DNA of 29,900 nucleotides from a virus (lineage: Duplodnaviria > Caudoviricetes). Positions within the stretch are counted from its first letter, which is position 1; the number at the start of each line of letters is the position of its first letter. The position numbers and the translations under genes are program-made. The stretch covers positions 1 through 29,900 of IMG/VR virus record IMGVR_UViG_3300018413_000024; one strand, 5' to 3'. Positions 26,294 to 29,900 of the stretch are shown here, piece by piece. The notes under the pieces are model-generated. The model worked only from the letters and a program-made list of their open reading frames with translations. It was not told the origin of the DNA and ran no database searches.

Positions 26294-26541
26294 AATAGGT
26301 CCTCGGGAATGAACTTGGCTAGTTCCAGTTTCATTTCGTGGAACCCATCCTCGATGCTCCGGGTATGGGTCACTAGCACGGTAGAGGCACGCTCGGGTCG
26401 CCCCACATCCCTGTTGTGCTCGTAGTTGAGCAACTTGAACGTGAAACGGTCACCGTCATGCTCTAGGCGCACTTCCCAGGTCCCAATGAACTTGGCTACA
26501 GCTTTGCTTCTCTCCACATCCTGCTGTCTTGACCTATGCAC
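26290..26541 (-). CDS. Hypothetical protein
   Basis: GGAGG RBS before GTG 26541. Confidence 0.65.
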   Translation of the reverse strand: MHRSRQQDVERSKAVAKFIGTWEVRLEHDGDRFTFKLLNYEHNRDVGRPERASTVLVTHTRSIEDGFHEMKLELAKFIPEDLF

Positions 26542-26860
26542 TTTTGCCTCCAAACATACGCTCTCGGACACCTTTGCTAGTCAGCTCCCAGACAATCGCT
26601 TTGCGACCACTCCGGGTAGTTGTGCGCTTGCCGGAATCGCGGACCATCCCACGCTCGACAAGCTCAGACCGGCGGGACCGGATACCAGACTCGGAAGCAT
26701 ACGGCGCAGTCTTATACGCCCGGTATGCCTCTATCAGTTCGTGGTCCGGTCTGCCTCGATTCAGACAACGCAGAATGAACGACTGGGTTTCAGTTACATT
26801 CTTGACGCTCTCTGCCGCTAGGTCACTGGTAACTGGGTCTGTGTTTCTGGCTCTAGGCAT
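26534..26860 (-). CDS. Winged-helix DNA-binding protein
   Basis: AR.TDP.TS..AA and RSRRSELV..G.V.DSG....SGR...VW motifs. Confidence 0.7.
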   Translation of the reverse strand: MPRARNTDPVTSDLAAESVKNVTETQSFILRCLNRGRPDHELIEAYRAYKTAPYASESGIRSRRSELVERGMVRDSGKRTTTRSGRKAIVWELTSKGVRERMFGGKSA

Positions 26861-27071
26861 CTAGCCCACCTCCAACCACATAACCCAGGATGACTCCCAG
26901 TACCAGCGCACAAAATAAGCCCACGAGCATCAAACTCATCTCGCGGGCATCGAGCACCCAAACTGCTTTGGGCTTCCGGTATGTCCCACGTTTCCGCAAG
27001 TCACGCCGGGTCGGGTAGCGGTCAGGCTCCTCAACCTGTAACGCTATTTCCAGATTCTTGTAGTAACCCAT
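26853..27071 (-). CDS. Small membrane protein, first gene of the replication operon
   Basis: AGGAGG RBS and a C-terminal transmembrane helix. Confidence 0.7.
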   Translation of the reverse strand: MGYYKNLEIALQVEEPDRYPTRRDLRKRGTYRKPKAVWVLDAREMSLMLVGLFCALVLGVILGYVVGGGLDA

Positions 27072-27101
27072 TTTTCCTCCTAGGTATCTCGGGTTTCCCC
27101 A

Positions 27102-27157
27102 AGTCTATCTCGGACCACCGACAATCTAGGCTTTTCCCGTCTAGTCCGCTAGACTAG
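27102..27157. promoter_or_regulatory. Divergent promoter region with two TAGACT -10 boxes
   Basis: TAGACT on minus at 27102-27107 and on plus at 27150-27155, each facing an operon start. Confidence 0.6.
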
Positions 27158-27197
27158 TGGAGGGAGTGCCTTACTCCCCTGAAGAATGGAGAATGAA

Positions 27198-27632
27198 ATG
27201 GGTATACACCAAACGCTGGTTGAGATGCAAAGGTCGCAGGAGAATGCGATGCTTTTGGCTTTCCACAACCAGCTTCAGCAGATAGTCAATGAGGAAGTGG
27301 TCTGGGTGGCTCACGTGGATGAGATTATCCGCGCTGTCGCTGACACGATGCTTCCAAAACAACCCAGACCTACCGCCATGATGTGGTTGGCTTGGGACCT
27401 GCCCGAACCAGATGTAGAGATGGACCATAACGCTTCTATGGACACTCGCATGAGGCTCGGGCTTTACTACGCCTACTGTGACTTCCTGGACCAATACGAC
27501 CAGAGTTCGGCACGGGACCGGCACGGGAACACGCTGGAGGTCCTCAAGGGTGCTTTGGAAACGCGTGACGTGGACCTGGGCTCTGCGATTTACGACAACG
27601 GTGCCGGACAGTATGAGGTGACCCGTGCCTAG
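27198..27632 (+). CDS. Hypothetical protein
   Basis: GGAG RBS before ATG 27198. First gene of the second plus-strand operon. Confidence 0.75.
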   Translation: MGIHQTLVEMQRSQENAMLLAFHNQLQQIVNEEVVWVAHVDEIIRAVADTMLPKQPRPTAMMWLAWDLPEPDVEMDHNASMDTRMRLGLYYAYCDFLDQYDQSSARDRHGNTLEVLKGALETRDVDLGSAIYDNGAGQYEVTRA

Positions 27633-27702
27633 CAACCTACAGGAATGGTCCATACTAGTTGGCTTCGTAGCCATCTGGTTTCTTGTACTCATCTACGGAT
27701 AG
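27625..27702 (+). CDS. 25-aa single-pass membrane peptide
   Basis: Not in the track. GAGGTG RBS and GTG start: MPSNLQEWSILVGFVAIWFLVLIYG. Fills the gap between neighbours. Confidence 0.6.
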   Translation: MPSNLQEWSILVGFVAIWFLVLIYG

Positions 27703-27711
27703 GAGAACACA

Positions 27712-27933
27712 ATGGAAGAGCAGGATAAGCAACTGGCAAAACTGGCTCTGTTTCAGACCTCAAGGGCAAAGCTCGAACAACGCATAACGCGTTTCAATGA
27801 GATTGTCCGACAGGAAGTGATATACGCCTACAAGTTGGGTATATCGCAGACCGACATTGCTAACCACCTTGGAGTGTCTAAGCAACGCATCGGTCAGATA
27901 ACTGAGGAATACCGCAAGAATGGAGGAGCATGA
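27712..27933 (+). CDS. Helix-turn-helix DNA-binding protein
   Basis: G.SQTDIANHLGVSKQRIGQI HTH motif. AGGAG RBS. Confidence 0.88.
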   Translation: MEEQDKQLAKLALFQTSRAKLEQRITRFNEIVRQEVIYAYKLGISQTDIANHLGVSKQRIGQITEEYRKNGGA

Positions 27934-28292
27934 TGATAAACGCAATCCAGGTGAACCCGAACGGGTCCGCAATTCACGTTGAGATTGACGGGCTCAAGGA
28001 TATGCAACGCATAGTTGGCGGACTCATTGAGTTCGTGGTGAACCCAGAGGATGACTTTGAGGTCATCGTCAATGAGGAAGGTCTGCTGATTGACCTGGAA
28101 CTGAACACTCTGGCTAGCGTCTTGAGTGGTCGCAGGTTGGTTGGTCCGGCGATTCTAGTTGGGCGGGCTGACAGTGAGGGTAACACTACCTCGGTCCCCA
28201 AGGGTCTGATGAAAGACCTACACCTGGCGAGCATGATGCTCGACATGGCTGGAAGACCAGTCGGTGACCCCAGTTGGGAAGAAGTGAAGTAA
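27930..28292 (+). CDS. DUF3846-like protein
   Basis: L..MQ..VGG.IE, VNEEG, N..AS and LVG.A..VG motifs. Confidence 0.75.
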   Translation: MMINAIQVNPNGSAIHVEIDGLKDMQRIVGGLIEFVVNPEDDFEVIVNEEGLLIDLELNTLASVLSGRRLVGPAILVGRADSEGNTTSVPKGLMKDLHLASMMLDMAGRPVGDPSWEEVK

Positions 28293-28296
28293 CTCA

Positions 28297-28361
28297 ATAC
28301 GAACGTATGCCCCGGGGAAGAATCTGGAGGAAGAACCCGGGGCATACTCGTATCTAGTCTA
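28297..28361 (-). ncRNA. Candidate antisense sRNA hairpin with anti-Shine-Dalgarno loop (may also act as terminator)
   Basis: Perfect 12-bp stem (28305-28316/28336-28347), 19-nt loop UUCUUCCUCCAGAUUCUUC on minus, TAGACT at 28356-28361. The loop is complementary to the mRNA at 23892-23911. Confidence 0.6.
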
Positions 28362-28451
28362 CTACTGGCAACCCTCGCAGTTCACCAACTCTGCCGGGTC
28401 CACGGGACAAGCGTACCCGCCGATATTCTCCATCAAGTCCAGGTTAGCCAT
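28362..28451 (-). CDS. 29-aa Cys-rich peptide ending CxxCQ
   Basis: MANLDLMENIGGYACPVDPAELVNCEGCQ, TAATG-coupled to the holin. Confidence 0.6.
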   Translation of the reverse strand: MANLDLMENIGGYACPVDPAELVNCEGCQ

Positions 28452-28654
28452 TACTCGCTCACCTGCTTGTCGTAAGTAAGAACTGACGTAAGCAACGACA
28501 TGATAGCTGACAGCGCGGTAACTGAAAGCAGATTCATCCAGTCCACCTCGAAGATTCCAGTGACCCCGACACCGATAGTAGCGATTGCTGTCTGTGCCCC
28601 TGTTTTCACTGCTCTCTCCCCTGCGAAGTTCCAATACTTGACCCATTTATCCAT
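28451..28654 (-). CDS. Holin, r1t-like
   Basis: ERAVKT.AQ.AIA...VDW...S.LTS motif with two hydrophobic segments. Confidence 0.85.
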   Translation of the reverse strand: MDKWVKYWNFAGERAVKTGAQTAIATIGVGVTGIFEVDWMNLLSVTALSAIMSLLTSVLTYDKQVSE

Positions 28655-28880
28655 CTGAACCATCTCCTAATTGACTTGCCAACTTGACATCCTCGTAGGT
28701 CGCTCCACCAATGTAGCTGGTGAGAACAAGTGTGATTAGAGCCACTCCGCCCGTAATCAAATCTGAGGACCCTATCCGGTCCGAGAACACAGCCACGGTC
28801 CCAAAAAGAATCATAAATAGACCAGCACCAATGCCGGTCCAAATAATACGACGGCGCACCGCCCACGATGGTTTACCCAT
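28647..28880 (-). CDS. Two-TM membrane protein (holin-like)
   Basis: W..RRR, two transmembrane helices and Y..GAT.ED. In the lysis cassette. Confidence 0.7.
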   Translation of the reverse strand: MGKPSWAVRRRIIWTGIGAGLFMILFGTVAVFSDRIGSSDLITGGVALITLVLTSYIGGATYEDVKLASQLGDGSDG

Positions 28881-29129
28881 CTACGGAATGAATCTGGTGA
28901 TAAAAGGCACGATTGCGGCAAGGAATGAGGCTATCGCCATCATCTGCCAAACGCGCATCTCCACTTTGCGGATACGCTCCTCGTGGTCCTTGACCTGCTG
29001 TTCAATATCCTTGAGTTCATCGTTCAAGTTCGGTAGCTGATGCGAGAGCTTCTCCAGCATGGACTGGATTTTCTGAACCTGCAAATACAGCTCCTTCATC
29101 GTGATTCGGGTGGACGATTCGTCAGCCAT
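28881..29129 (-). CDS. Coiled-coil + C-terminal TM lysis-cassette protein
   Basis: DHEERIRKVE followed by a transmembrane helix. ATG 29129 is TAATG-coupled to the lysin. Confidence 0.7.
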   Translation of the reverse strand: MADESSTRITMKELYLQVQKIQSMLEKLSHQLPNLNDELKDIEQQVKDHEERIRKVEMRVWQMMAIASFLAAIVPFITRFIP

Positions 29130-29707
29130 TACCATCCGCCTTCATTCAGGAATGACTGTAGCGCTCGCACTAGTGCCCGGTCCTTGCCGGTTGTGACCGC
29201 ACCTTTGTAATACCCTTTGGCTGACAGCATCCTCGACAGAGCCGACCAAGTATTCTTACCTAGTATCCCATCCTCAACCAGCTTGCGGGGCTGACCCGCC
29301 TCAGAGAAAAAAGGCATCGGGTCCACCGTATCTCCCCAACGCTGGGACCGGCGCACCTCAAAGTGGAGGTGAGGACCCGTGGAGGCTCCAGTATTTCCCG
29401 ATAGGGCGATTACCTCTCCCTGGTCTATTTTGGCTTTCAGAGCTAGGTGTGAGGGCTTCTGAAGGTGATAGTAGACGGTGTAGAGGTGCGGGTCGTGCTT
29501 CAGAATGAGAGTGTAGCCACCTGACTTGCTGTCACCTTTATGGACAACCTCACCGTCAGCCGGGGCAGTCAGAATGGTGCCGACAGGCAGAGCCACATCT
29601 ACACCGTGATGAAACTTGCGCTTACGGGTAATCGGGTGGACCCGGGGACCGTAGGGTGAGCGCTTATTTACCGTATAGCCGTTTGGCCAGGGTTTGACCA
29701 GTCGCAT
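29129..29707 (-). CDS. Endolysin: M23 peptidase with C-terminal peptidoglycan-binding-like domain
   Basis: H.GVD, Y.HL, SGNTG.STGPHLHFEVR and DG.LG..T..AL...LQ.FLN motifs. Confidence 0.93.
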   Translation of the reverse strand: MRLVKPWPNGYTVNKRSPYGPRVHPITRKRKFHHGVDVALPVGTILTAPADGEVVHKGDSKSGGYTLILKHDPHLYTVYYHLQKPSHLALKAKIDQGEVIALSGNTGASTGPHLHFEVRRSQRWGDTVDPMPFFSEAGQPRKLVEDGILGKNTWSALSRMLSAKGYYKGAVTTGKDRALVRALQSFLNEGGW

Positions 29708-29900
29708 TAGTTTGTTCTCACTCTTACGATAACAATACCGGAACCACCAGCACCAGCAGTTCCTGAGTTTGTTCCTCCACCACCAGAACCAGTGTTAGCA
29801 GTCCCACTTACTGCCGTTGTGGAATCAGAGGCATCCCCACCTCCGCCAGTTCCACCAGTGCCAGCATAAGAACCCCCACCTCCGCCAGCTCGTGTCACAG
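29707..29900 (-). CDS. Glycine-rich minor tail protein, C-terminal fragment
   Basis: GGGGG runs, ANTGSGGGG and terminal GGSGIVIVR. The 5' part lies outside the window. Confidence 0.75.
   Translation of the reverse strand, partial: VTRAGGGGGSYAGTGGTGGGGDASDSTTAVSGTANTGSGGGGTNSGTAGAGGSGIVIVRVRTN

Larger units (their letters stand above)
1..29900. mobile_element. Tailed bacteriophage (siphovirus, HK97-type head), near-complete genome, probable actinobacterial host
   Basis: Terminase, portal, protease, capsid, tail, lysis and recombination genes are all present. No host housekeeping genes and no recognisable integrase. Gene order wraps from position 1 to 29900 within the tail-tip module. Confidence 0.95.

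Noticed and set aside
28452-28646. 94-aa version of the CxxC peptide ORF
   Set aside because: The extra part overlaps the holin in another frame. The TAATG-coupled 29-aa form is more plausible.
1-29900. tRNA/rRNA genes, integrase, DNA polymerase, reverse transcriptase/DGR
   Set aside because: No cloverleaf, recombinase, polymerase or RT motifs and no TR/VR pair recognised by eye. The unseen genome segment cannot be assessed.
29707-29900. Low-complexity CCA/CCG tract as a DNA repeat
   Set aside because: Explained by Gly codons of the glycine-rich tail protein.

Overview
The window is most of the genome of a small HK97-type siphovirus, probably infecting an actinobacterium (TAnnnT -10 boxes, a leaderless-style start, r1t-type holin, M23 lysin). 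Both ends fall in the tail-tip region, so it reads as a near-complete circle. Most genes are on the minus strand: recombination/replication (27.1-20.6 kb), a probable cos region, a DNA-hypermodification cassette (ParB-like + TET/JBP-like dioxygenase + three TET-associated glycosyltransferases, no methyltransferase seen), terminase, portal, protease, capsid, tail with a -1 frameshifted chaperone, and lysis. Two plus-strand islands of small genes interrupt this; one (8.6-11.1 kb) splits the head module. The strongest non-coding signals are: (1) a promoter-linked hairpin at 28.3 kb whose 19-nt loop is near-perfectly antisense to the ribosome-binding site of the replication initiator 4.4 kb away; (2) two nested 27-30 bp long-range RNA stems, each with a symmetric U.U-GC-U.U core, that loop out the first two island genes; (3) no GATC found by eye. 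All calls come from reading motifs by eye; no database search was run.
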